DNA of 64,000 nt from assembly GCA_002269645.1 (NCBI GenBank), contig NIVC01000890.1, positions 310,001 to 374,000 of the forward strand, in the 5' to 3' direction. Within the stretch, counting starts at the first letter, position 1. Every line of letters starts with the position of its first letter. Below, one piece after another: positions 33,960 through 47,159 of this stretch. The translations under genes were made by a program, and so were the position numbers. Origin of the DNA: Macrostomum lignano. Lineage: Eukaryota. Under the pieces are notes generated by a model, which made no database searches, was not told where the DNA came from, and saw only the letters and a program-made list of their open reading frames with translations.

Positions 33960-36900
33960 TTACGGCTGTTCTGGTGTGCTTTTTAACTTGAGTCGGTGTT
34001 GAAGCAGTCTCAATAGGTCTCTCTGCTTGTAAAGCTGTGCCAGTTTGAGGCAGTCGCGTCCTCCACGATCTCTAAGCTGCAAATTTGCCTCTGAACCCAA
34101 CAGAGTCATCGCGACTCTCAGGTGGCCTCTGACGCACGCCTTGGCCAGTGCTGATTGGCCAGTTTCATCCACCGCATCGATGTCGGTGCCCGGTGAGCCG
34201 AGAATTTGTTTCACCAGCTCGTGATGTCCGGCCAGCGCTGCCACCATCAGACAGGTAAGTCTGCCTTTATACAAGTAGCTCATGTTTGCGTATTTGATAA
34301 CCGCACTGGCAAGGGACACGAATCCCTCTGACATGCTTTTGTAAAGCACGGCAGCGATTATCCCTGCACATTCTCTTCTTAGATCAGCATCAGATATTCC
34401 TTGAGGCTCTTGGGATTCTTCAACGCAGCTTAACTCGTGAAAAATAAAGTCGATAAGCTCAAAGTCGCCGTGAAGAGCCTCGTTTGCCAAATAATGCAGG
34501 ATGTCAGGGTCAGTGAAATCCGGCTTGAATTTAGACTGCACAATGTAGCACACGATTTCTTTGTTTCTACCTTTGAGAGCTCCAACAAAGGCCTTGTGAT
34601 GGCACTGCTTCAGAATCCTAGCATGTCGCTCATTAACTAAACCGAGCAGCCTCAGTAGCAGGTCTAGTGGTCCACACTTTCCAAAGAGGCACGCAGCTTT
34701 TGAGCAGCATTTGCTTTTTTGCAGTGAGTCCCTGATGAGTCTTATCAGTATGAGCGACGTCTTTGTTTGGCAATTCTTCACTTCGGCTGGGAGGAGCTCA
34801 ATGCATCTTGCATCGCTCTGAGGGTCAGGCAGCTCCCGAGCCAGTTGTTCGATGAGCTCCCAGTCCTTGATCCAAACAGCATGAGGCCAAGCTAATCGAC
34901 TCAAAGTAGCTCTTGTGGGATGACAGTTTTCAAGTGGAAACTCGGACACTTTGATGAGCAAACTGGAAACAATTTCGTGCTCACCAGCTTCAGGAAATGT
35001 TCGATTGTCATCGCAGCAGCATTCTCTCAATGTTGACTTTTCCCACTGTTTCCTCCTGATCAGATTCTGAACGATTCGCTTCCTGTCTTCATCGTTGCAG
35101 ACACCGCCAACGAATTTGCAGCTGGTGGCTGCACAGTCAAGAATTTTGTCAGTCGTTCTCCAGCCGAATTTGAAAGCCTTCAGGTAGCTCTGAATCTTCG
35201 CATATTGGTTGGGGGCGCAAGCAATCAGGTGCTCCATCAAGCTCCACTTTTGATGCTTTGATGCGAACTCAACGGCTCCGACAATGACATCCGTGGCCAG
35301 TTGTTGATCAGCTTCACTAGCAAAGCTCACTAGTTGATTAACATTGGGTGAATCTTCTAATAAAATATTGAGCTCCGCGATTCGGCTGAATACTGCCTGA
35401 CCCCGCAGCCAGTCTGAGCGGGATTTTAATTGACGTCTGAGGCTGGTGCAAAATGTTTCGACTGCTTGTTGATCGCAAAACAGTTTCCCTCCTTGAGTTG
35501 AATTTGCTAGTATGAGCATTTCTTTCCACCAACTCTGCTTCTGAGATTTGGTTGCAGTTTTGAGATTTTCTAACTCTTGAAGCATGCGATGCAGTGCTTT
35601 AGTTTGGATGGGTCCTGTTGCTTCAACTCGTTCCACTTCGAGCTCAACAGTTTCTTTGTGTGGTTTATGCTCTTCATCCATGAGAGCTGATTTTATATTT
35701 TCTAGGAGACAATTCTTTTGATAATTGCTATAATTTTGTCTGTCCAGCCACCTGTATATTTCGTTCAAATCCTGAGAACCAAACGGATAAGAGTTGATTA
35801 AAGCACTGAGCTTCTCGTTCAGTGTCTTACAACTGATTGAGTTGCATAAACATCGACGTTTATGCCACCACTCACGCCAGTTACTTCTTTGACTGTCATC
35901 ACAGAACCACATTTCGTCCCTCCAATTATGTGGAAATGGAAACCAACTATGGCCAGAGCAGTGCCATCTATGTCGATAGTCCAAGTTCACTATAGAACAC
36001 CAAATCAGCACTTCGATCAGCCTAAAATCTCTCTGTTTTACAGCCACTTTGGCAAAAACTTTAAATAGTTTTTCATTTTCATATCGGTTGCAGTGCACGT
36101 AATAGTAGAAACAACGAGAAATCCGGTTGTAGATATCCCGATTGCTTTGCTGACGGGCAAGCATTGAAACGAGAGCATCTTCGAGTTCTTCGTTGGCTTC
36201 AGCGCTGGCTAATAAATTTGTATCTGAATCATAGTTCGGCCAATAGTTAAAGTCATTGAATTCCAACGAATAAACGATTAGAGCTACACAACAATGCGAC
36301 TTTGTTTGTTCATCGATAATTGAAAGCACCGCAATCATAGCCTGTTCGAAAGAGCCATCACTGTCTGCACGAAGATCTTTGATAGGCTTCCCTTCAGTGA
36401 CCTGGTTAAAGAGGCTTGCAATCAGGCAGACGGCACGCCACTCCTTTTGATCGATTGACAGCTCGAGCAGCTTCTGCAAATAGTGCTTTTTACACGTACC
36501 TGGTATTCTTTCGATGCCCATTATGAGCCACTTCCATTTTTTATTGAAATGTTCGAAACCAGACTTGTCACGATCGGCGATAGAATAGTCTGCTTCTTCG
36601 AGATTGTCAGCAAAGAACTCCAACAAAAACAGCACCGTTTCATACTTTCCTAAATCGAGTAGCTTCAGAATGAAATCTCCTCTGACCTTCTCTGTGCCTT
36701 GCATCTGAAGGAGCTGTCTCACTGTTTCTGATTGCTTGCCCAACGATGCCAGCTCCAACGCAGTAATCCAGCACTCATTGCCTTCAGATATTTCTTTGGA
36801 AAGTTTAACCAGATTGAGAACGAGGTTCCATTCTTGACTATCAGCTAACGTGGCTCATCAAATGAGCACAGCACTGAACTCTCAGAGCGACTTGAGAAAT

Positions 36901-37776
36901 GATGGGAATTACTTTGACTGCCATTTCCCACTGTTTATTAGAAGCTGCAGACTGAACTGCATCATTGCAGCATTTGTCACGGACTGTCATTGCTTTTGAC
37001 TGTTCTCGATGCATGGTATCAACGCAGGATTGATCCTTGAATTCAATTTCATTTTCAGAAGCCATTTGAATCAGTTTCATCACCAACTTCCAGTTCCTGC
37101 TATCTGCAGACGGCTTCACTGCTGCTAAACAGCACTGGTCTGTAGCGGGCCCAGGTGAGACAATGTCAAGAATTTCATCCACCGAATTCCACTGTTGATT
37201 ATGAGCCACTGTACTCACAATATCGATGCAGCACTTGTCTCTGACACTGGTTGATTCAATCAATTGACAAAATCGAATCATGGCTTGCCAGTTTGCACTT
37301 TTAGCTGCAAGTCGAGCAGCCAGGGCGCAAATTGCATCATGGGCAGCGCAAGTCTCAGCAGCTTCCAGAAGCTCAGTTACTTTGTCCCCCTGGAACTGAG
37401 CAGACAGCAGGGACACCAAGGCAAACTGGTCTCTGGCTCCGAAGTCAGTCAGGTCAAGCAGTTGACGCACCACATCTGCCTGACGGTCCTTGGCTGCCGC
37501 AGCGACCACCAGAGCGCAGCAAGCATTCATGGTGCGAGCGTCAGGAGCGGCTGAAATTAGTTCGATCACCGACTGCCAACGTTTTTCATCAGCTGCAGTT
37601 GCCACAGCTTTCATGCAGAACCTGCGGGCAAGATCTGAGCTGTTTGTAGCGACAGACGCTCTGAGCAGCTCCACCATCTTCTTCCAGTCCGAGTTTTGAA
37701 GAGCTTGATGAAATGTGTCGCCATCAGGAGGCTGAGGTGGCTCGGGCTCTGCTGGAGCAGCGAACGCCTCGGCCAT
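33960..37776 (-). CDS. Large ankyrin-like solenoid protein, paralog 1 (about 1270 aa), split by a +1 frameshift at about 36855
   Basis: C-terminal canonical ankyrin repeats (LMVAALAGHHELVKQIL, GQSALAKACVRGH). N-terminal 33-aa CCxxAVxxAAxxxxW repeats continue in register across the two ORFs if one A is removed. ATG (MAEAF) at 37776. Confidence 0.75.
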
Positions 37777-39520
37777 CGCGGTCAGTCTTGGCTGTGTCTC
37801 TTGTGGCTCAGTGTTGTGTGAGCTGGGGACAGAAATCAAGAAGTTTCTCGTTTCTGACTAAGCTTATGTGTGAAGATTTTTAGAAACTGCTTAGATAATA
37901 TTTTTCCTAAATAACATTTTAAACGTAGTTTAGGATTTAAATGTGAATTTTATATTAATGCATGTATTCTTACAAAGAAATAAAGCTTTAAATGTCAATC
38001 AAACACAAAACAGAAATGCCAAATAAAAAACGCAAGTATTTGCTTTGGCAATAGAGAAAGCTATTGCTAAAGTTGTGTCGAAAATGGAAACTTCGTTCTC
38101 TATAATGTAAGTATACTATTCGCCAAAATGATTTTTCGAGAAAATAAAAGTTATTTTACAATTACCACTACTGCCTTAGGTTGCCCCTGAAGGAAACGCA
38201 AGAAAAATGTCTTTTAGCATTAGCATTGCACACCAACAAAGTACTTAAAACTTCTGTTTTTGTAAAGATTGACATGCAGTTGTCACTTGTCAGGTTGTCA
38301 AATATAACCTTATAATCTTTTTGTGGATAATTTGTAACTTAAAAATGAAAATAAGTATCCCTGTAATTAAACTATTTCCTACTATGTATAGCTATGTTTT
38401 TTAAATTCTCTAGTGCTTAATAATAAAAGTATTCATAGTATTAATGACAGCCAAAAAGACAATCGACTGCTAATGTATGAATAGGTTGAAAAACGAGATT
38501 TTAAAAATGCATTCAGTATAAATGTATATGCTTACACTAGTTTTCTTTGTAAAAGAAAAAGTGAAAAAATATCTACGCACAAAATCTATTAAAATGCTAA
38601 GACATTTTTTAAATCATGCTCTCAGCACTCTTGCATTACATTTAAAAGTAATCAGCGACAACATGTTATAGAGTGCAAAATGATTAACTTGTTATAAATT
38701 AAAGTCGTAACTAAGTATTTGATCCACAAATGAAATAAATTTTGTTTATATTTTAGTACCGTGTTAGTGAATCTAATATACTTTAAATATTAACCAGTAC
38801 AAGATTCCGTGGCAATTGATAATTAAAAGTTTTTAATTTATTAATTAAAGGCTTGTTTTTATTGTACAAGGACTAAAAATACAAATGCATTTTTAATGAA
38901 TAGTAATAATTTGTTAGTAAAAGTTGAATATTTTGTTTAAATCTTACCTTAGCAAAGCAGGAAACAATAAGCTAACTGTTGACAATAGAAACAAACAAAC
39001 CATCTCTTAGATTTATGAAAGCAAGAAATGGCAAGAAAAAGATCAAAATAGTTTTTGTGCAATGCAAGATCTTTAGTATATATGCTCCCAATATACATGT
39101 AAATGTACGCTCGTAGGTAGTGGATTCAGTATAAATTACATTTTTTAAATCATGCTCTCAGCACTCTTGCATTACATTTAAAAGTCATTCGACGGCGGAT
39201 TTAGGGTGGGAAGGGCACAGGGCGCGCACCCCCGTAGAGCATGCTTTTTTATTTTCTCAATGAGTAAATACACATTATCATGGTATTGTGGCGGCCAGAC
39301 TGGCTGAGAGCAGGGCCCGCCTGTACACAGGCCCCTGCATCTGGCTGCTGGGGAGTTTTGCCCAGCCAGCCAGGTCGATCTGACTCACACCTCCCTATTC
39401 TCGTTATGTATAAATAAACTATGCTGAACAAATATACACAAGAGCTTTTTGCTCGCTTGCTGTACTAGCTACCACTCGCAAGCCGCTTCATTGGTGAGCC
39501 CTACGCAGCCATTTCGTGCA

Positions 39521-40170
39521 ATGGCCCAACAAACCGACTCTGCTGTGTCCCTGAAGCTGCCCAAGTTTTGGGCGGCCCAGCCTCGAGCCTGGTTCATCCA
39601 GGCCGAAGCTCAGTTCACCCTGAGAGGCATCACTCAGGACGATACCAAGTACGCCCATCTGGTTGCAGCTCTTGACCAGCAGACAGCAGAGCGCCTGCTC
39701 GATGTGCTCGAGGCTCCTCCGGAGGCGAACAAAGTACGCTCAGCTAAATGAGCGCCTCAACAGCACTTTCGATTAGACTCCTAGGCAGCGGGCCAGTCGC
39801 CTGCTCAGTATGTCCGGCCTCGGCGACCGGCGGCCGTCCGAGCTGATGGACGAGATGCTCGCCCTGCTGGGGAACCACCCCTGCCTGCTGTTCGAGGAGC
39901 TGTTCCGCCAGCAGCTGCCACCGGAGGTACGCATGGCCATGACAACCGTCAGTTTCGCGGACCCCCGAGCAGCAGCGCAGCAGGCGGACAAGCTCTGGGC
40001 CAGCCGACCGCAGCTGGTCGCCGCCTCCATCCAGCAGCCGGCGGCAGACCCAGCCCAGCAAGCCCAGCCAGCGGTCTCTGCGGCCAGCAAGGGCGCCAAC
40101 AGAGCCGGCCCCAGCAACAAGGCCCAGACGACGGCCTGTGTTTCTTTCACCGTCGCTTCGGCCTTCTAGG
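39521..40170 (+). pseudogene. gag: gag of the CsRn1-like element, frameshifted
   Basis: VSLKLPKFWAAQPRAWFIQAEAQF capsid motif and a CFFHRRFG remnant of the CHCC knuckle in a shifted frame. Confidence 0.85.
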
Positions 40171-40192
40171 AAAACGGACAGGCCGGCCGTCA

Positions 40193-43100
40193 GTGAACAG
40201 CTCGACGGCCGGCAACACCAGCAGTCTGCTCCTCATCCCGGATGTGCAGACAGGCCAACGTTTCCTGGTCGACACCGGCGCCGAAATCAGCATTTCCCCG
40301 TCGCCAGTTCCGACGCCCGCCTGCACTCGCCAGGCCAGCCAATGGCAGCCTGATCCGCACCTTCGGCACCCGCCAGCTCCCGCCAGCTTGACCTCGGCAT
40401 CCGGCGCTGCTCCTGGCCGTTCATTCTGGCCGAGGTCTCCCGCCCGCTCATCGGCGCCGACTTTCTGCGGCACCACGGCCTGCTGGTGGACCTGCCGCAC
40501 CGGCGCCTCCTGGACGCCCGCTCGCTCGCCAGCGTGCACCTGCTGGACGGCGCGGGGCCCGGACTGCAACTCGCCGCAGCCGTCGCTGCGGACCCGTACA
40601 GCCAGCTGCTGGCCGAATTCCCCGCCCTGACTGAGCCCAGTTTCCAGCCGACTGAGCCGCGCCACGGGGTGGAGCACCACATCCCGACGCAGGGCCCGCC
40701 GGTCCACGCCCGCCCTCGCCGCCTGCCGCCGGACAAGCTGGCGGTGGCCAAGGAGGAGTTCCGGCTCCTGGAGCAGCTCGGCATCGTGCGCCGGTCCAAC
40801 AGCCCGTGGTCCTCGCCGCTGCACATGGTGCCAAAGGCCTCAGGCGGCTGCCGTCCCTGTGGCGATTTCATGCGGCTCAACGACGCCACGGTGCCCGACC
40901 GCTATCCGGTGCCGCACATCCAGGACTTCACAGCACGCCTGGCCGAATTCTCGATCTTCTCCAAGATCGATCTCGTGCGTGGCTACCACCAGGTGCCTGT
41001 GGCCGCAGTTGACGTGCCCAAGACCGCCGTCACTACCCCGTTCGGCCTCTTCGAATTCCTGCGAATGCCGTTCGGCCTCAAGAACGCCGTCCAGGCCCTC
41101 CAGCGGTTGGTGGCCAGGATCTCGACTTCGTCTTCGCCTACATTGACGATTTCCTAGTCGCAGCCCGCAGCAGCACCTGGAGTACCTGCGGACGCTGTTT
41201 CAGCGCCTGACCGACAACGGCCTTATCGTCAACCCGGCCAAGTGCGAGTTCGGCCGCAGCGAGATCGATTTCCTCGGCCACCGGATCAGCGCCCAGGGAG
41301 CCGTGCCGCTGCCCGCCAAAGTCGATGCCATCGCCAGGTTCGCACTGCCAGCCACCGTCAAGGGCCAGCAGGAGTTTGCCGGCATTGTGAACTTCTACCA
41401 CCGCTTCGTGCCGCGCGCCGCCCAGCTGCTGCGCTTCATCCATTCGGCCATGGCCGGCAGGGAGAAGTTCGTCCGGTGGACGCCCGAGCTGACCACCGCT
41501 TTCGTTGGAGCGAAGCGGGCGCTGGCCTCCGCCGCCATGCTGGCGCACCCGCGGCCAGACGCGCCCATCGCCCTCACCGACCTCTGATACCGCAGTCGGC
41601 ACGGAGCTCGAGCAGCGGGTTGGCAGCGCCTGGCAGCCACTCGCCTTCTTCAGCCGGCAGCTCCGCCCGCCCGAACAGAAGTACAGCGCCTTCCATCGGG
41701 AGCTGCTCCTTCGCACTTTCGGTCCGGCACTTTCGCTATCCGGCACTTTCGCATTCACCGCTTTCACGGACCACTGGCCGCCACTGGCCGCCGCCATGTC
41801 TAAGATGTCTGACCCGTGGTCCGCTCGGCAGCAGCGTCACCTGGCTTACGTGTCCGAGTTCACCACGGATATCCAGCACGTGGCAGGCAACTCGGTCGCA
41901 GACGCGCTGTCCCGCTGCACGGTCTCTTCGGTGAAGCCCCGGCTGCTCCCCGGCGTGGATTTCGCGGTCATGGCGCAGGCGCAGACGGCCGATACGGCCA
42001 GTCAGGCAGACGCCAGCCTCCACCTTGAGCCGCTGCAGCTCAGCCCCGGTGTCTCCCTGCTCTGCGACATATCCACAGGCCGGCCGCGCCCGTTGGTGCC
42101 GCCGAATTTCTGACGCCCCGTCTTCGACGCCATCCACGGCCTCGCCTACCCGTCCGTCCGCAGCACGCGGCGCCTCGTGGCCGCCAAGTTTGTGTGGGCC
42201 GGCATGAACAAGGACGTTAGCCGGTGGGCTCGGTCCTGTCGCCTGCCAGACAGCCAAGGTGCAGCGGCATGTCGCCGCCTCAGTTGGCAACATCCGCGTC
42301 CCCGGACCAGCGTTTCGCCCACGTACACGTCGACTTGGTGGGGCCGCTGCCGCCTTCGCAAGGCTTCACGCACCTGCTGACCATCGTGGACCGTTTCACC
42401 CGGTGGCCGGAGGCGATCCCGATGACCCACACCTCCGTGGCCTCCGCCTTCATCGCCCATTGGATCGCCAGGTTCGGCATGCCGAGCGACATCACATCGG
42501 ACCGCGGCTCGCAGTTCACGTCGCAGCTGTAGTCCAACGTCTCACGACTCCTAGGACTGCAGCTACACCGGACAACGGCCTTCCATCTGCAGGCGAACGG
42601 GCTGGTCGAGCGTTTCCACCGGCAGCTGAAGGCCTCCCTCATGGCGCGACTGGCCGGACCAGCCTGGGTCAGCGAGCTGCCCTGGGTGCTGCTCGGCATC
42701 CGGACGGCCCCCAGGGAGGACCTGCCGGCATCGGCGGCCGAGCTGGTCTACGGAGCGCCCCTCTGCGTGCCCGGCTCCGCGATGCCGTTCAGGCATTCCG
42801 GCCGAAGCCGACGTCCCGTCACGGCAGCCGCCCCACAGCTTGGCCGGCCGCCCTCGACGCCTGCCAGTTCGTTTTCGTCCGGCGCGATGGCCACCGCCCC
42901 CCACTGCAGCGACCTTTCGACGGCCCGTTCAAAGCGGGACGCCAACGCTTTCCTGCTGGACCTGGGCACTCGCCGCGACCGGGTGTCAGTGGAGAGGCTG
43001 AAGCCAGCCGTCATCGACGCGGACGACCCGTTCCCGACGCCGGCTCTGCGACCGAGAGGCCGCCCGCCACGGCTGCTCGCTGAGCCGCCTCTAGCGCACT

Positions 43101-43225
43101 CTGCCGCCGACCCCGCCTCTTCAGCTGATGACCTTCCGCCTGCGGCCCAACGCACTGCTGCTTTCCCCAGCCGCCGACTGCCGCCCCGCCAGTGCCGTCC
43201 GAGCCCGGCGGCCTTGGCCGAATAG
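40193..43225 (+). pseudogene. pol: pol (PR-RT-RH-IN) of the CsRn1-like element, with multiple frameshifts and stops
   Basis: FLVDTGAEIS (PR), IFSKIDLVRGYHQV and MPFGLKNA (RT), HVDLVGPLP and ITSDRGSQF (IN). Confidence 0.9.
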
Positions 43226-44952
43226 CTCGGTGCTGGGGGGAGCTCTGTGGCGGCCAGACTGGCTGAGAGCGGGGCCCGCCTGTACATGCACAGGCCCCTG
43301 CACCTGGCTGCTGGGGAGTTTTGCCCAGCCAGCCAGTTCGCTCTGACTCACACCTCCCTATTCTTGTTATGTATAAATAACAATGCTGAACAAATATACA
43401 CAATAGCTTTTTGCTCGCTTACTGTACTAGCTACCATTCGCAAGCCGCTTCAGTATACATGATGCATGATATCATATACATATTACCCCTTAGTAATCTG
43501 CCCTCCCCGTTCAAAATTATCTGGATCTGCACCTGCATGTTTATCATGTGTAAAATCATGTACGCGCATGTATAGGTACATAATTTGGGCAATGTAGTGA
43601 GTGTAGGATGAGACTTGCATGTTAATACAGCCTCTCATAATTTCACTCACATACAAAGAACGATTGTGCATAGCTATATATATTTAATTATGTAAAAAGC
43701 AGTACACATTTGCCCGTACATGTAATCTTCGAAGTCTCGGTAAATTTTTATTATTGGGCTGCAGAAATGCACTGTAGATAAATTACTGATGTCGAGTTTC
43801 AAGAGTTTGAGGCCCATCATCAGCATTAATTGAGCGTTCGTCATCAGCTTTTAACAATCCACTTTTTATCTCTCTGCTCTGAAATCGGGCTTTTAAAATT
43901 AGCTAGTGGACACCGCGCATGCAGCAGCAAAGTCGCGTGGCGCAACTTAACGGCAAAGCCTCAGTCAATGTACATGTACATGAAAATGAGATCGCGCCTC
44001 CACGATGGCTTCCCCAAAAGTCACTCCTTAACGTCATTAAAAAAACCTAATGGGTGCTACGTACGCGCCCCTCTTTCACTGTACATACGACATGGCAATG
44101 ATTTATGATTAGCGATTAAACTTGCTATTGAATCTATAATTCCGACGGTTCTTGAAATGTGAATACAGATAAATTAGAGTGAAAAATAATCTCTGAGTCA
44201 GAAATCAGCAATTCCTTTTATACAACTGTATTTTAGTAGTCAAACTGCATGGGATAACCAAAAACATGAAAAGCCTCCTCAGGTGTTTCATTACATGCAC
44301 ATGTTTGCATCCGGGTTACAGAATTCCCTCGTTAAGAAACGGATCTACATGTATCTGCATCTGCGAACTAATACTTTACGATCGACGCCATAATCCGCAC
44401 ATACATGGTTGACTCCATTCCTAATTTTCTATGCAGAGAGAAATATCTTATATCCAGCTAATTATGTCAACAGCACGTCATCAATCAATCACAGCTGATG
44501 AGTCAGCAATCAAATAGAATAAAAAAATCACCGGCTAGCATGCAGTTTAATCTCACTTCATGACAGAATAAAGTAGCCATTTATCATGCTGTCAAGCGGT
44601 TCATTCACGCGTTTATCTGGTTACTTCTCTACACAAATATCGTATATGGCTGGCCCACATGAGCAGCTGTGCAAACAAAAAAGTAGTTGCAGAACAAAAC
44701 CGGCTCGTGACCTGAGCAAACACGCAATGATTTACCGGATAGCCCCCACAGCACCCGATAAGGCACCAAAAGTAGTTCCTGATCCTCCATCCACCGGGAT
44801 CGGCCGGCTCTCGCTGTGTCACAGAAATTGAGCAAACAATGATTTGGGGGAGTGCTCCAGTCTGCCCCGTGTATAAGGCCGAATAAATATTCCCGATACA
44901 CCTGATAAATCTGCTCAGAAATCAGAAATCAGTGCCACTAAAAAACTGTGAA

Positions 44953-47159
44953 ATGAACTCAGAAAAAAAATCTGAAATGAAAAAGCTCAAGCTGAAGCAG
45001 GCAAAGGATTTTCTTCCTGAAACCTGCGACTGGCTCGCGTTCGTCCGCTGCATCGCCGATGACAACGCTGACGACCTCAAAGAGTTCCGCGACTCTCTCG
45101 GACCCTCCGACTGGGCCGCATTTCTCGCCAGCTCCGACCACCGAGGAGCTCGAGCTCGAGACCAAGCCGACTGGATCGGGTCTGGCGATCCGGAGCAGGA
45201 CGACAGCGACATTCCGTTCCCCACCAACCCGTTCTTCGTCGCCATGTTCTACAACGCTCAGCAGTGTCTGCGCCTCATGCACGAGACCTCGGACAGCGGA
45301 AAGGACACGGTAGACTTTGCTAAGATCAGAGAGCGAGGCTTCACGGCCTACCACATGCTGCTGAGCGCCGTCCGCTTCATGTCCGGGACGGAGCAGCGCA
45401 CGGAACAGCCGACGGACTGCGGCAGTACCGGCCGAGATCTCGTCGAGCTCTTTCACCGTCGCCTGTTCACCAGACAACAGCAGGCCGAGATGCTGCAGGT
45501 CAGCAGCCGAGGCATGACGCCAATGAGCTGGGGCGTGTTTCTCGGACTGGCCGGTCATGTCGAGTACATCATGCTGCACCACCTGGCCAGCAGCGAGGTG
45601 CACTCGGACTCGGTAGGCATTCGAGAGCGAGTGAGCGTCGATGTGACCGACTGGTTCGGCGAGAACCCAGCGTTCTTCACCAGCCCGATCTGCGTGCTGC
45701 TCGACGTGTACAGCCAGGCCACCCTGGCGGAGCTGAAGGCAGCAGGCGTGTTTCGCAACGGCTTCCTGTGGAGGCGCTGGGTCGAGGCGCTGTACGACCG
45801 CAACCGGTGGGCGATCAGATTGATTGTAGCTTTTATCTTTACGCAGACGGTTGCCACGGTCGTGTTCTCTGGTCCGGGAGTGAACCATTTCTTGCAGAGT
45901 CGTTGCCTTCAAAAGCAGAGCCGGCAGATACAGGCTCCACATGCTTCATCCATTGGCATTCTTATCGTGCTGCTCTTCTGGCTTCTAGGCTCTCTACCTG
46001 GACTGCTTTTTGCTGCAGCTGGCTTGTTTCGAAAGGAGCGATTCAGGTTGGTACTAATGTGACAACATTTACTGCCTTGTGCCACTTAGGTATTATTTCT
46101 AGCATGAAAATCTATCGGGGTCATTAAATGTCAGCACTTTATCACCTTTGATTGTTTTTTTCATTGGGTAATCGCTTCGTGTGTACTTCTAGCGTAGGAA
46201 TGTCTCTTGACTCTAAAGCATGCAATTTTTTGGATACATTAAGCAACCAACGCAATCTCGACTCAATCCATTTTAGGAGGCAGGTCGGATACCCCAGTCG
46301 GCCTCGAAGGAGCTACATCGATCTGTTGCCATGGCTTGTGCCATGCGCCGTGTCATTGCCTACTGCAGTCTTTCTCATGTGGGTGTACATCGACACTGAG
46401 AGAAGCTGCAGAGTTTTTGAGAACCTCATCTACCCTGCGAGTGGCTGCGCTACCAAAGTTCTGCTGCTGACTGTCCTGAACCTCATCGTGTGGTTCATGC
46501 GTCTCGTGACACCGATATCCACTCTGATGAGCAGTTTCCATCGAGGCCTCATGACGTTCACGATGTTCATGGCGTTTTACCTGGCTCTCACCGGAATATT
46601 TTCTCGAATGTTCCAAGGTAGCAACCCCGTGTCTGACAGCGCCAACCTGACCTCAACTGCCGAGACACTGAATGATTACATGCGCTCTTTCTACACCACC
46701 TTCCTGGTGTCCCTCAACATTATCGACACCAGCCTCTACGTGCCCGAGATCGACCGGATCGACCTCCTCATCACCCACGTGACCTACGTCCTGTTCGTGC
46801 CCATCCTATTCATCAACTTCGTGGTCGGAGTTCTGTCCTCGGCCGTGAACCACGTCATCGAGCACGAGGTAGAGAACAGGTACTTGATCATGCTGACTGT
46901 GTCCGAGATTATCGAGCGAGACTACAGCTGCATCAGGAGTTTGTTGAGCAGGATGCTGGGCAGGTGGTTGGGTAAGCGGAAGCGAATCCTGATTGGCGGC
47001 TACCTGCCGATCACAGGCGGCAGTCGGCTGTTCAGCGACAGCTCGACGACTTTGCCACGAGGCTTCTGGAAGAGGCGTCAAGTGATTGGTAGTGCGGATG
47101 CTGCGGTCACTGTGCAGCCAGTAAGGTGTATGAAGAGTGGCGTGCCGGTTGTGGAATGA
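44953..47159 (+). CDS. Divergent TRPV-like cation channel (ankyrin-like N-terminus plus multi-TM region); exons 44953-46046 and 46277-47159
   Basis: Junction TTCAG|GT...TTTTAG|G in phase 2. GMTPMSWGVFLG resembles the last TRPV ankyrin repeat, there are several hydrophobic helices, pore-like FYTTFLVSLNIID, and S6/TRP-box-like ILFINFVVGVLSSAVNHV...IIER. Confidence 0.7.

Larger units (their letters stand above)
39287..43452 (+). mobile_element. Degenerate Ty3/gypsy LTR retrotransposon, CsRn1-like lineage
   Basis: LTRs 39287-39490 and 43246-43452 (TG...CA, about 10 differences), GTAT TSD on both sides, PBS TGGTGAGCCCTACG (tRNA-Trp-like) at 39492 and PPT at 43235-43242. Confidence 0.93.

Noticed and set aside
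38603-39240. 47-bp duplication (38603-38649 and 39139-39185) followed by a GGCGGATTTAGGG... transposon-end-like motif
   Set aside because: No matching second end or TSD could be established.
39744-43403. Numerous alternative-frame GC-rich ORFs in the CsRn1-like element
   Set aside because: By-products of high GC3 in decayed gag-pol.
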